Source of the DNA: Felis catus
Taxonomy: Eukaryota
Direction: 5' to 3'
Assembly (NCBI RefSeq): GCF_018350175.1
Contig: NC_058368.1
Location: forward strand, 107,262,001 to 107,326,000
DNA length: 64,000 nucleotides
The notes under the pieces are model-generated. The model made no database searches. It was given only the letters and a program-made list of their open reading frames with translations, and was not told the DNA's origin. The stretch's first letter is position 1. The number at the start of each line of letters is the position of its first letter. Below, piece after piece: positions 24,292-36,834 of the stretch. The position numbers and the translations under genes are program-made.

Positions 24292-25124
24292 AAAACTGTA
24301 CTTTGATCTTCACACCTACATTGTACATGTGAATGGACAATGGTTTATTCTCCCCAATTAATAGGTGAGAAGATTGACACAGACAAATCATGTGATGTGG
24401 TCACTATCACAGGGCTGATCAGTAGACTCTCAGTCCAATGGTCTTACATGGAAAATCAACTCCTTCCTATAAACCTTTGCAAAAAGCCATGAAGCCAACA
24501 ATCAAGATTCATATCCTTGCTTTTGTTTTCGTTTGTATGTTATTTCTCATTATGCTTTCTGCAAGTGGCAGTTCTGGGGCAGAGCTACAAGGACACGTAA
24601 GAAGGGCTTCTTGAAAGTCCATGCCAATCATTGTGTTGATCTCACAGTAATAGAGGGAATAAATTACAATGGCACAATCAGCTTAGATCTAAACTCAGGT
24701 GATGTGAATGTAGCAATATTGTACCTTCTCTATGTAATTGCAATTACTTTCAAGTTTATTTTGTCATCAAACAAGCAATTTTTCAATCAGTGCAGCTTGT
24801 GAAAATCAGCACTCTGGTATATGAATTATTTAATTCATTTATCATGCACTTCTTAATGGCCAGCTACACCCTCCTGAAAAAAAAAAGATCAGGAAGTTTA
24901 AGGAAAGATTACATGGAAAGCAAATATAAAGAGAATATCTGAGTTGGTTCTTATTCTCAAAATAATTTTTTTTTTCAGGACAAAACTTAATGTGTGAAGA
25001 GTAGAATAAACTTATTAGTAATATACATGATTTTATTTTATAGAGAAATGGAAAATATTTGTCAAAAATGAACATAAAGTATATTTTGTGCTTGGCTAAT
25101 TTTGTCTTCTATTTATTGATTTAT

Positions 25125-25326
25125 TTGTTTATTTTTAAATGTTTATTTATTTTTGAGAGAGAGAGAAAGCATGGCGGAGGGGCAGGGAGAGAGGGAGACA
25201 GAGGATTCAAAACAGGTTCTGCACTGACAGCAGAGAGCTCGACACAGGGCTCGAACTCATGAACCATGAGATCACAACCTGAGCCAAAGTTGGGTGCTTA
25301 ACTGACTGAGCCATCCAAGCACCCCC
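25125..25326 (-). mobile_element. Can-SINE
   Basis: Reverse consensus ending gagccatccaagcacccc. Confidence 0.88.
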
Positions 25327-25787
25327 TTCTTTTTATTTATTTTTAAATTTTTTTCCTTCTTTTTAGATAACTCGTGTAAACATACATAGGAGTTCTGTCT
25401 TGACAAAGATGTTTAAGCAGAAAGAGAGTAACTTCGCATTTGATTTCCTACCACAAATGCCAGATGCCAGTCCCATGGGTTTCACTCCCAGTGGATCATG
25501 GCATTTTTTCCCTTCAACTGCTGAATATTTCTCAACTTGGGGTCCCAAAGAGCTGCTCTTATTTGTTCTAAATTCTTCTCTAAGAATATTTTTTTCCTAA
25601 AACAACGTATTTCTTTTTTCTTCCTCATTAATATCATGATCATTTAATCAGATTTTGTTATCCCTAACCATCTCAACACTAGTCATAGTGAGGTCAGTGT
25701 AAAATCTGTTAGATAGTATCTTTGCCAAAATAACTTTACAACCTAACTGTGGATAGGGGAGGATTGAAAATAACTAACTAGGTAGAT

Positions 25788-25820
25788 ATATACATACATG
25801 CATACATACATACATACATA
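25788..25820. repeat. (TACA)n microsatellite
   Basis: tacatacatgcatacatacatacatacata. Confidence 0.8.
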
Positions 25821-26714
25821 GATCTCTAATTGACAGAATTAAAAATGAGAAAGCCAGATATTATAGTAAACACCAAACTGCATGATATAGGGAGCTCTGA
25901 GAAAGACAAGCCTGTCCTAGAATTGATAGAAGATGCGTGTGTATAGTAGGAATGTAGCTATAATTAAAGGATGAGTAGCATTTGAATTGGTAGGGCTATG
26001 CAGAGAGAGCAATCTCAGGTGATTGACAAGAGTGATTTTCAAACACTTTTTTACCTTTTGCAGAAACTTTTTTCAAGTAAAATATTACTTACAAACCTAG
26101 TATCTAACAGCTTGCATCAGAGCTGCTCTGAATGGAGGAGGGACCAGGGTGCTGCTAATATGTCCTCCTGCTTTCTCCAGAATTTCTGATTTAGTATGTT
26201 CAAAATTATCCATGAAATTTCATTTGTATCTTTATCTTTTGTGATTTCTTTGATGTCTGCATCCCATAATGGGGATGTTTGCAATAATTCAGACTTGAAC
26301 CATGATCCAAGCCATAAAAGGGAAAGAAAAAGAAAGGATAATTAGGAAGCACTCGTTAAAAGGAAATAAAATGTTTTTAAAAGGATGGTGGGAAGTAGAA
26401 AAAAGTAGTCTGAGATGTTGCTGAAGTGCTATGTATATATGTATACATATCAGTAAAAAAAAAATAACTGTACCAGGTAGAGAACTGGGAAATCAGAAGA
26501 AATTATATTGGCTTCTTTGTTTTACTATGTATATGTTTTATTTATTGTTTCCCCTTTCAATATATCACTGTGCTGAGATAGGTTTTAAGGCACAGACTTA
26601 AGGACCAAATTTACACTAGTTGGATCTTTAAGTGTGTATCTTGTCTGAAAATCTGGAATCTCCTCATAGACATGTGATGTACATCAAGGATCCTATCCCC
26701 ACACAGCCCTCGTC

Positions 26715-27490
26715 CTGCATTATTTATGGCCTATTAGGCGCTGGATATAGAATAATAAGAAGGCCTGGTCCTAGCCCTCAGAGAACTCCCAAATTCATTT
26801 TTAGATGAATAAACCAATGTAAAATTAAAACTGTGCTAAATACGTGGAGCAGAATGGTACCTAGTGCCGGAAGAACATCTACCAGTCCTGAACTAGTCAG
26901 AGAAAGGATCCATGAAGCAGTGATAGTCAAGCTAAGTAATAGTTAAATAGAAGATAGTAATAGTTATAGTTAAGATAACTAATAATAGTTAAGTAATAGC
27001 TAAGTAATAGTTAAATAGAAGATAGTAATAGTTAAATAAATAGAAGAAGAAATGGAATTAACAGGTAGGAGAACATCCCAAGGAAAGGGAAGGGCATGTG
27101 CAAAGACACTAAGGAGAGAAGAAGCCATTATGGCTGAAGCATAGAGGGTGAGAGGTAACAGAGAAAGCTGGAGAGGAATGCATTTTTCTAAGAGCATTAT
27201 TATTCTAAGGGCACTGGATTTCATTGATAGGGAAAAGGAGAGTCACACGATCATATCTGGGTCTTGGAAAGATGACTAGTGTTGCATCTTGGAGAATTGT
27301 TTAGAGTGTGGCCAGATGAGACACAGACAGGTGACTGCTGCATAAACACAGAAAAAGTTCTTGGTATTTTGAACCAGAGCAGCTGTCCTGAAGATGTAAA
27401 GCAGAGAATCAAGATCCAAGAGACATAAAGGACATAAAACAGATTGGACTTGATGATGAGGGTTAAAGGAAAGCAAAGTTAGATTAATGA
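26715..27490 (-). mobile_element. L2 fragment containing an internal tandem duplication
   Basis: taggcgctggatatag...ggtcctagccctcagagaactc...catcccaaggaaagggaagggcatgtgcaaagacac (antisense L2 motifs). Confidence 0.65.
26930..27040. repeat. Complex direct repeat: 37-bp unit twice plus shorter sub-repeats
   Basis: agctaagtaatagttaaatagaagatagtaatagtta at 26930-26966 and 26998-27034. Confidence 0.9.
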
Positions 27491-27604
27491 TATATTAAGT
27501 ATATAGTAACTCTTGACATGGCATCATCGTTGCAAAAATCACTTTCTCAATTTAATGTTTGCTTTTTAATTTTATTTATGGTGCTTTTGATATGGGAATA
27601 TTGT

Positions 27605-27825
27605 TTTTTTTTTATTTTTTTTAATGTTTATTTATTTTTGAGACAGAGAGAGACAGAGCATGAACAGGGGAGGGTCAGAGAGAGAGGGAGACACAGAATC
27701 TGAAGCAGGCTCCAGACTCTGAGCTGTCAGCACAGAGCCCGATGCGGGGCTCAAACTCACGGACCGTGAGATCATGACCTGAGCCGAAATCGGACGCCCA
27801 ACCGACTGAGCCACCCAGGCGCCCC
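27605..27825 (-). mobile_element. Young SINEC_Fc
   Basis: CpG-rich; TSD tgatatgggaatattgt 27588-27604 / 27826-27842. Confidence 0.93.
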
Positions 27826-27920
27826 TGATATGGGAATATTGTAATGTATTATTAAAACCTATTATTTTTCATTTATATTTTTTGTTTATGCTTTTGTTTT
27901 TGCTTAAAAAGGACATCCCC

Positions 27921-28146
27921 GGGGTGCCTGGGTGGCTCAGTCAGCTGAGCGTCTGACTTCAGCGCAGGTCATGATCTCACAGTTTATGGGTTTGAGCCCC
28001 ATGCTAGCTAGGCTCTGTGCTGAAAACTCAGAGCCTGGAGCCTGCTTCAGATTCTGTGTCTCCCTCTCTCTCTGCCCCTCCCTCGCTCAGGCTCTTTCTC
28101 TTTCTCTCTCAAAAATAAATAAACATTAAAAACAAAATTTTTTGAT
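27921..28146 (+). mobile_element. SINEC_Fc-type SINE
   Basis: Full head to tail; degraded TSD aaaaa(c)aggac(a/t)tcc. Confidence 0.9.
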
Positions 28147-28190
28147 TAAAAACAGGACTTCCGAACATGCTTAGAAAATGTAAATGTTTC

Positions 28191-28424
28191 AGGGCGCCTG
28201 GGTGGCTCAGTCGGTTAAGCGTCCGACTTCAGCTCAGGTCACGATCTCACATACCGTGAGTTCGAGCCCCGCGTCGGGCTCTGGGCTGATGGCTCAGAGC
28301 CTGGAGCCTGCTTCCGATTCTGTGTCTCCCTCTCTCTCTGCCCCTCCCCCATTCATGCTCTGTCTCTCTCTGTCCCCAAAATAAATAAACGTTAAAAAAA
28401 AAATTTTTTTTTAATAAAAAAAAA
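28191..28424 (+). mobile_element. Young SINEC_Fc
   Basis: CpG-rich; TSD agaaaatgtaaatgtttc 28173-28190 / 28425-28442. Confidence 0.93.
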
Positions 28425-28528
28425 AGAAAATGTAAATGTTTCCCTACATTTTCTTTCCATTATTTTTTTGTATTTTTCCTTTTTGTAGGTGTGGTACTAA
28501 CAGGATTTAGGTCTTTAATACATCTGAG

Positions 28529-28554
28529 ATACATACACATATATGTATGTACAC

Positions 28555-28599
<45 letters not shown>

Positions 28600-28602
28600 T
28601 AT
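28529..28602. repeat. (TA)n / (CA)-interrupted microsatellite
   Basis: Directly visible. Confidence 0.85.
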
Positions 28603-29774
28603 AATGTATTCAGTATAAGATGTGAGGTAGGGAAAGAACCAAGGACCTGTTTTTCCTTGTAAATAGTTAACTGTCCTATAACCTATATATTAAATTGTGA
28701 TTCCAAGTCATTTGCCTTTTTGTGAACTATTTTCACAATGAATATTCCACTGACATTAGCCCTACAAAGCATTAAAAAATTGGATTTGATATTCACATGA
28801 AAGTTTTAAGTGATCTGTTTTTTAAAAAGAACACTGTAAACATTATGTAAGACAAATTTAAAATGCTGTCCAATATTGGGAGCAGTACTGTTGAAAACAA
28901 ATCCAATGACTAGTGAGATCTGGAGTGGACAGTTTTCTTATTTATCAAATACAGCTTTTTAACTCACTGAATATACTAATCATTGTTATTTTCCTGAGTT
29001 CTCATTCATTTTCTCCTTGGAATTCTACCTGTGACTTTTAGGACTAAAAATAAGTCATTTATTTTATTTTATCTTCTCAAGAAGGACAAAGATTTAAACT
29101 CCTTTTAACCCATTTTGAAGGATCACTATGAAGCTGTGAAACCCAGATTATCCTTTACTCTTTTACTAAAGGTAATGAGTGTATTGTGACACTTACTGGG
29201 TCCCAAAGAAATGATTTTATTAATTTTTAATGTAAATTACACTTTCCTGTTATGACAACTTTATATATGAGAAACACAGATGAGGTATACCCAGTCTGCA
29301 GTAAGGAAATATCATTGTAATTAGCAGGGTCAAATGACTCAAGTCCTTGTGTTTTCATTTCCAGAAAACTTGACTTTTGAAAGATTAGGCTTCACTTATT
29401 CTGAGTTAGCACCATCTTGGAAACACCTACCTGCTAATTAAAGCTGTGATTCCCATCCATTCCCACAGCAGTGTGTGCCCATGCAGAAGTCTACAACACT
29501 ATAATTAGGAATTTTCTTCTAGGAAAAACATTATAATAGACATCCTGCCATGCTTATGTTATTTTAATTGGGTGTTTAGCTCTAGGGATCATCATAATTT
29601 ATCATGAAACTTTAATGTTAATAAAATCAGCTGGAAGGAAGTGCTACTTATCTCCTTGATTACACCATAAGGAATAGGATCTTAATTTGAGCCTTTCTTT
29701 TTCTTCTTTTTTTTTTTTAAGCTAATGAGAGCAGAGTTTTAAGCAGATCAAGGGATCTAAGGGCTGTAACACAA

Positions 29775-30252
29775 TGTTTCACCAAGTGTTGCCAGTGACC
29801 CACGAGAAACACTTTATTCAAAACTATTGCAGTATGGAAGAGAGATTGAATTCAAGTACTGCTGAAATAAAAGGCAGGAGAGTTTTTAAGCACTAGGGTG
29901 AGCTAATGAAAAGGTACTGGAGGACTTTAGCAAGGATGTTGGTCAATGTTATTAGGCCATCTGTGTTTTTAATGAGTGCTCATTGAACTTGGGCTCCCTC
30001 CCTTCCCACAAAGACTGGGAGATAGGGGCTCTTTCCCACTGATTACATTTCGAAGGAATGGTTCCCAGGTCCTTGGGAAAGACATTGTTGGGTTGTAAAG
30101 CTGGCGAGAGGCCAGAAGATGTCCACATTAAAGGAGCAGAGGAAGAATGTATGCAAGGTTTCTAAAGTAAAGGCTCTAAGAAAAGGGAGGTCAGGAGAAA
30201 GTCTGTGTAAAGTTTAGTCAAATTGAAGGGAGTGTTAAGGCCATGTTGGTCA
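29775..30252 (-). mobile_element. ERV1 solo LTR, MER67/MER31-like
   Basis: Reverse strand begins tgaccaacatggccttaac...gactaaacttt...cctcccttttcttagagc...ttactttagaaa; minus-strand AATAAA (ctttatt about 29812). Confidence 0.7.
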
Positions 30253-31524
30253 CCCATTGGTGGACTTCTAGATTTTAGCTGATGATCTGGGAACTGATCT
30301 ACAAGTCCCTTCCTACAGGCAAATGGATACACAATCTTACAATCTTTAAACTTTATTTATAACTAAAAGTTGCTCATTAGTAACCTGCCAAATTAGAGAT
30401 AATGGGGCTATCTTTGCAATCTGCTTTAGAATGCAAGAAATTTCAACATGTAAAATTTACTAAGCAATAATACAGAGACACCTGTTGAGTACTTAATCTA
30501 TGCCAGACAGTGTTTTAACCATGTTTCATATAATATAGAAAGTAGTCCAGCAGTCCCTCTTGTCTTAGAAGTTGTCATTTGTACATCAACTGGAAGTGGA
30601 AGAACATATCTCAAAACTGGGCCTGGAATTGCAAAGCCGGGATTTTAGCCCCAGATAGATACACATGAACATGAGCCAAAAGAATGACAGAGAAACAGAC
30701 AGTAGAGTTTCATTTTTCTTTTTCCTTTCTTTTAAATGATTGAAATGTCCCCCAAAGCCAGGCCTAACTCCACAGTCCTTTAACAATTCCTACATAAACC
30801 ACAGTTCTGTTTCTTGAAGGGAAGACTCTTGTCTCCATACAGGTGGAAGGACCTTCTTCTAGCATTGCTTTTATTCTCATTAACTGTGGTCTCCCAGCAG
30901 CACCTCATTTATTTGTGCAGAAATTATTAATGTGACAGAACCCACAATGATTTAGAATCAGTTTAGTTTCCTACAATCATTTCACATTCCAGTGGCACAA
31001 AGCAGAAACGATGATGGGTGTCCTCGACCTTTCTCCCTGCTTGGATGACTGCATCAATTATGGAAATAGTAAAGAGATGTATGACCACCATCAGTCATGG
31101 TACGGTAGTACGGACTGTGAGTCTCTACTTAAGTAAGATATAAAAGCTGTAAGATAAGTGCCAAGCCATCCACAACATAGATATTTGAAGTCTTGTGTTA
31201 CATTTTACTTTTTAACTTGAGGAAACATTTAGAGGCCTAGGAAATAAAGTGGAACGCTGAGAATTTTCTTGGAGGGAATTAAAGTTCTTACAGTAAATGT
31301 TTTGATCCCTGTTTTGGTTACCAACTTGTTTGGTGGGGTGGAATATGTTAACTTACTAAAAATTAATTATAAATATTTCATCAAGTGTTAGACCCAGGCT
31401 ACCCTCTGGGAATAGGCCATCTAGAAAGGCACACGGTCAAGTAAAGCAGCAAATACAATATGGTATAATTAGTGCAGTGAGCACCTGTCAAAATCAGACA
31501 GCTACTTATGAATCTATATATTTA

Positions 31525-31645
31525 CTGCTTGTCTCCTCATTAGGCAGTTAACTCCATGAGCACAGGGACCATGTTTCTTTTGTGGCTGTATGCATGGCCA
31601 CTGACACGTTTTGGAAACTCAGTGAATATTTTTAAATGGATGAAG
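31525..31645 (+). mobile_element. L2 3' end
   Basis: tgtctcctcattagg...actccatgagcacagggaccatg...ctcagtgaatatttttaaatggatgaa. Confidence 0.6.
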
Positions 31646-33057
31646 GGGTCATTTATTCTGTAAGAGAGGCAGTCCAAAGGTTGGGGAGGACCGAATCAGG
31701 AATGGTGTGGGCAGGGAAAGTTACCAAAAGAAATTGTCATAGAATGTATTATGTTATCTTTCTCATGTGTTCAATGTTTATATCAAATGGATGCCACCAG
31801 CTTTCTTGAGCATCTACAATGCACATGCCAGTTCACTGTGTTCTCTAATCCAATTTATCCAGTTAGACTGTATTCTGAATGTACTGGCAGCTGAAGTCGA
31901 TTTTATACATAATGAATAAGAAGTTTTTACTCCTAAATCTTAACAATATAATGTCTTATTTTCATTTCAAACTATATTTTAACATACACCTTCTGACATA
32001 AGACACTGCACAAACCAATTAACATTGAATGCTGTATAATGGCCCTCCTTCTATTTGTTGGAAGGTCATCAAGTTTTAGCCTCTTACAAACAGCACTCCA
32101 AGTTGCCCTGAGGGTTACTACAGGAATATTAATGACTATCACTAAAAATTGTCCTGTAGCCAAAGTCCATAATTACAGAAGTGTATGTCATTCTTTAGAC
32201 AAAATATCGTTAAGTGTGCCCTGTCAAAAGTTCGGAAATAACAGAAGTAAAACCAGTGAATCAGCAGAAGTAGCAATTAGTAAAAGTTTATTGTGCACAC
32301 ACCAAAAAGACAGTGTGAAAACCAGGAGCACTCAAACCAAAACATACAAAGAGGCTCAGCGGTCTATTTTTATGAAGCAGCTTATATAGTCGGATGGCAG
32401 TGACTGTTTATTCTTCAGTGATTGAGTCAAATGTTAGGATTTTTTTAAATGATAAGGAATTGCTCAGTGGTTACCTCATATCGACCTTGGGAAACCTTTC
32501 AAGTTTTGCTTATGATTTCCAGGGGCATAAGCAAGAAGTGACCCAGATCAAGTTAGTCTTGCCAAATAAGCTAAATTGATGCCTACAGTATGCCTACACT
32601 GCTTTTGTTAGCTCAGGGACTTTTCAAGACTGGTCACTCTTCTGTTTTTTTTATTTTAACAGCCCCAGTCCTTATCTGTCCCATTCTTAAACCTTCTGCA
32701 TTTGTGGATGACTTGATGTTCAGACAGAATTAGATAAGTTGTGATAAGTCTTTCATTAGGATAAATTCCTGGTGGCTTGAATTTAGGAAAAAAGGAAATA
32801 AAAAATTAGCAGCAACAACAAAGAAAATCTTTGCCTTTAACTTTAGTTAAATAGGACTCTACTTGGAGTTTGAAACCTTTCATAACTGGAATAAAATCCA
32901 TGAACTTAAAAAAAGAGATCATTTTCTCTTTTTTTATTTGAAAATCAAGGTATAATTTTATACATGGTCAGTGCCATCAAATAGTCAATGAATTTCCTCC
33001 ACTGGATACAATACATTCATTAATTGTGTTTATGCCTTCCACAATGTTGTGGCAACT

Positions 33058-33203
33058 GTTATCCATTCATCAGTCTATGGACGTTTGGGCTCTTTCCATA
33101 ATTTAGCTGTTATTGATAGTGCTGCTATAAACATTGGGGTGCATGTGCTCCTTCAAATTAGCATTTTTATATCTCTTGGATAATCTATTATTACTTATGA
33201 TGT
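33058..33203 (-). mobile_element. Short carnivore L1 fragment (ORF2 3' end region)
   Basis: ttatccattcatcagtctatggacgtttgggctctttccataattt...gctgctataaacattggggtgcatgtgc. Confidence 0.8.
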
Positions 33204-33706
33204 GACAATCAAATCGCCAGTGAAGGGAGTAGTTAACTTATGTTGGTATTGCATGAATGAAGGTCGTGTGCGTGTTTGCAAAGTGGCAACTTGAAAAGGT
33301 CTTAAAATTCCTCTTTGCCTCTTCTAACAAATTGTGAGTAGAAAAAAAGGTTTAAGGAAAGAATGAGTACAGAACATTTACTTGACAATTTACCAAAACT
33401 TTTAAAATGTCTACAAGGGAAATGAATTGTTTACATTTCAACAATCATCAACTATTATCTTAACTATATATCAGGAAGCATCTTTATGCTAAATTTAGGT
33501 AAGTCAAGCTAAATCAGGCAAATTAATGTGCGGCCAAGTTAAATTATCATTAATTTAGTTTTGTGTTTTTGATTGGAGTATTAATTTATTTATTATTTTA
33601 TTTAGAACAGTATTATTTTATTTATTTTAATTGGAGTATTATTTTATTTAATTATTTATTTTATTTTAATTAAGTTGTATGGGTTTATTTAAACTAACAA
33701 ATGCTT

Positions 33707-33823
33707 GAGGCACCTGGCTGACTCATTCAGCAGAGCATGAAACTCTTGATCTTGGGGTCATGAGTTTGAGCCCCACATTGGGCTTGGAATCTACTCAAGA
33801 AAAATAAATAAAAATTTAAAAAA
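33707..33823 (+). mobile_element. Short old Can-SINE lacking (CT)n
   Basis: TSD aaactaa(c/g)aaatg(c/g)tt at about 33691 and 33824. Confidence 0.8.
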
Positions 33824-34279
33824 AAACTAAGAAATGGTTATGTGCCATGATACTATTATGAAATGAAAGCTCATTAACTTAGTGGTTTCTTTCTGATTTT
33901 AAATCTCTTTGATATTTGCCTTAGAAAGTATGTGTTTAGAATTTCCCTGCTGGGGAATCTATATCACATGATTATTTGCTGTGTTGTCTGAAGTATTTTT
34001 AAACTGTAGAGAATGCATACTGCTGAGAAAACTTACATATAAGAATTGGTACCTGGAAGCTATTTTCTGTGTTGTCTGACAGTTTTTGTTTTTTGTTTTT
34101 TGTTTTTAACTGACATAGCTAAGAAAATGAATTGCAGCAGGAAGACGAGTACCAGTTTTAATGGTACAGACTGTCCATAGGATTTCAATCAAGATTAAAT
34201 TAGCTAATTAAACAGGGGGAAATCATATAGAGCATTAGTACAGAGCTGAAATTAAAATGTAGCAACTTATCAGATCATT

Positions 34280-34480
34280 TATGACAAGATTCTTTGGGTT
34301 GCAAGTTAAGCTGCAGAGCTAACCTACCTGAAACAGAGAAGGAAGTACTGTCCCTGGAAACCAGAAAGTCTGACAGTAGTCTGGCCTGAGGTACAGCTCA
34401 GTGCTGTATTCATTGTTGTCAACAGCATTCAGTCTTTCCTCTATCACTTCTCTGCCCTTGTGTGGGTGTCAAGGTCTGCT
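34280..34480 (-). mobile_element. Degraded MaLR (MLT1-like) LTR fragment
   Basis: caagattctttgggttgcaag...gaaagtctgacagtag..ctggcctgaggtacagct. Confidence 0.35.
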
Positions 34481-34520
34481 TTTCTTACTGTGGAATTATA
34501 ATGTATAACGTGTACCTGTG

Positions 34521-34755
34521 GGGGCACCTGGGTGGCTCAGTCGGTTAAGCGTCCGACTTTGGCTCAGGTCATGATCTCACAGCTAGTGACTTCGAGCCCC
34601 GCGTCAGGCTCTGTGCTGACAGCTCAGAGCCTGGAGCCTGCTTCAGACTCTGTGTCTCCCTCTCTCTCTGCCCCTCCCCTGCTCTCACTCTGTCTCTCTC
34701 ACTCTCTCAAAAACAAATAAATATTTAAAAAAAATTTTTTTTAAATATAAAAAAA
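34521..34755 (+). mobile_element. SINEC_Fc-type SINE
   Basis: Near consensus; TSD-like (c/t)gtgtacct(g/a)tgg. Confidence 0.92.
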
Positions 34756-34933
34756 TAAAATGTGTACCTATGGCCAACAGGAGCCATTTTTTGCTATCAG
34801 GAGAGAGAACTTGCCCATAAATAAAGCTTAACTGAAGTAAGCCATTTATAACAAAGTATATTAATTAGGCACACTGTGACTTGTATTCTGGTTTAGGAAA
34901 GGTGAGGATCACGTGAAATAAAAAACAAAGAAC

Positions 34934-35243
34934 TTTTTTTTTAAACCATTTTAATCGTGTTTAAGTGTACAGTTCAATAGTGTCAACTATATTCACATTG
35001 TTTTGCAATAAATTTCTAGAATTTTTCCTCTTGCAAAACTGAAACTCTATACCCATTGGACAACTCTCCATGCCCCACTCACCCTGCCCCTGGACATCAC
35101 CATTCTACTTTCTGTTTCTATGAGTTTGACTACTTTAGGTACTTGTATAAGTGGACTCATAAAGAATTTGTCTTTTTGTGACTTATTTCACTTAGCATAA
35201 TGTCTTCCAGGTTCATCTATGTTGTAGCATGTGACAGGATTTC
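34934..35243 (-). mobile_element. L1MB-like 3' end
   Basis: tttaagtgtacagttcaatagtg...gcaaaactgaaactctatacccatt...tttcacttagcataatgtcttccaggttcatc. Confidence 0.85.
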
Positions 35244-35297
35244 AACAGGGAAAGACATTTTAAGATTTTTTTAAGTTTCTTTAAAAGGATATCCAAC

Positions 35298-35513
35298 AGG
35301 GACACCTGGGTGGCTCACTCGGTTAAGCGTCTGATTTCAGCTCAGGTCATGATATTGCAGTTCATGAGTTCAAGCCCCACGTCGGGCTCTGTGCTGACAG
35401 CTCAGAGCCTGGAGCAGGCTTCAGATTCTGTGTTTCCCTTTCTCTCTGCCCCTCCCCTGCTCATTCTCTCTCTCTCTCTCAAAAATAAGTAAACATTTTT
35501 TAAAAGTTACAAG
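35298..35513 (+). mobile_element. SINEC_Fc-type SINE
   Basis: TSD aaaa(g/t)gatatccaa. Confidence 0.9.
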
Positions 35514-35772
35514 AAAATGATATCCAAGAACTCAGATACCCTCTGGCAACTGAAATTCATGAAGGAAACATAAAGAAACTCTATGAGACTGACAATAGCT
35601 AGAAAATGCACTGCTCACTTAACATTTTTTAAACTCAAATTCATTTAGACCATTGGCTTACCAAGAAAAAAAAAAAGGCACCATCACATCTGCATTCTTT
35701 GAACTACAAGTTTTCAACACTTGCTGTTTTCAGTATCCTTTGGGGGTGATTTAAAAAAAAAGAAATGTGACA

Positions 35773-35979
35773 AATTTTTTTTAATGTTTGTTTATTTATT
35801 TTTGAGAGCGAAAGAGAGCATAGGAGGGGCAGAGAGAGAGGGAGACAGAGACTCCCAAGCAGGCCCCTCACTGTCAGCACAGAGCCTGATGAGGGGCTCG
35901 AACCCACAAACTGTGACATCATGACCTGAGCCAAAATCAAGAGTAGGACGCTTTATTGACCGAGCCACCCAGATGCCCT
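35773..35979 (-). mobile_element. Can-SINE
   Basis: Reverse consensus with T tail and (GA)n. Confidence 0.88.
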
Positions 35980-35999
35980 TACAACATTTTCTTTTAAAT

Positions 36000-36290
36000 T
36001 TTTTGCATGTGATTTTTAGTTAAACCTTTTACTTTTAGGTAATTAGGTGATTTGTGTACTTCTGTAAAAAAAAAAAAAGTATTGCAAGGAAATCCAATCC
36101 CATGTGCGCCTTAACGTGGCAAAACCTTGCAAAACTGTAGTTAAATATCACAACCAGGACATTGACATTGATATATTCCACGGATCCTTTTCAGATTGCT
36201 GCAATTTTCCTGGCATTTATTTCTGTGTGTGGGTATGTGTGGGTATGTACACACACGTGTCTTTATTTCCATGCAATTTTATCACATGTT
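36000..36290 (-). mobile_element. L1MC-like 3' end fragment
   Basis: ccttgcaaaactgtag..aaatatcacaaccaggacattgacattgata...atgcaattttatcacatgt. Confidence 0.65.
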
Positions 36291-36461
36291 GTACATTGAA
36301 TTTTTAGAGTATGTGGATTAGATGTGGCTATTTCCAAGATGCTATTATTTTTATTTCTCTTAGTAGCAAAATAATGCTCTTAACTTTATGTGACAAACAT
36401 ATAAAGATGATATGAGGAAGACCATATCTTATATTTAAACTAGATCTTACTAACTAAACTA

Positions 36462-36600
36462 GTCAGACGAGGTGCCTGACTCTTGATCTCAGCTCAAGTT
36501 TTGCTCTCAGGGTTGTGAGTTCAAGCCCCACTTTGGGCTCCCTACTGGATGTGAAGCTTATTTTTAAAAAAATTTTTGTAAATAAAAATAAATAAAAGTA
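36462..36600 (+). mobile_element. Short old Can-SINE (5' degraded)
   Basis: gactcttgatctcagctcaag...gggttgtgagttcaagccccactttgggctcc + A tail. Confidence 0.75.
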
Positions 36601-36610
36601 AAAACTTCTT

Positions 36611-36834
36611 AAAAAAATTTTTTTTTGACGTTTATTCATTTTTGAGAGAGAGAGAGACAGACAGAGCATGAGTGGCGGAGGGACAGAAAGAGAGAGGGAG
36701 ACATAGCATCCAAAGCAGGCTCCAGGCTCCCAGCTGTCAGCACAGAGCCCAACGCAGGGCTCAAACCCACAAACCGCGAGATCATGACCTGAGCTGATGT
36801 CAGTGCTTAACTGACTGAGCCACCCCGGCGCCCC
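36611..36834 (-). mobile_element. SINEC_Fc-type SINE in the A-rich tail region of the previous element
   Basis: Reverse consensus; flanks a(g/a)taaaaactt(a)ctt. Confidence 0.9.

Noticed and set aside
26030..26190. Possible hAT-Charlie fossil
   Set aside because: Similarity too weak to name without a Dfam search
26930..27040. Repeat-spacer-repeat pattern superficially like a CRISPR array
   Set aside because: Mammalian DNA, only two units, spacer made of the same sequence, no cas genes
33972..34080. 19-bp near-direct repeat tatt(tg/tt)ctgtgttgtctga about 88 bp apart
   Set aside because: No identifiable element or poly(A) between the copies; cannot support a TSD or a function
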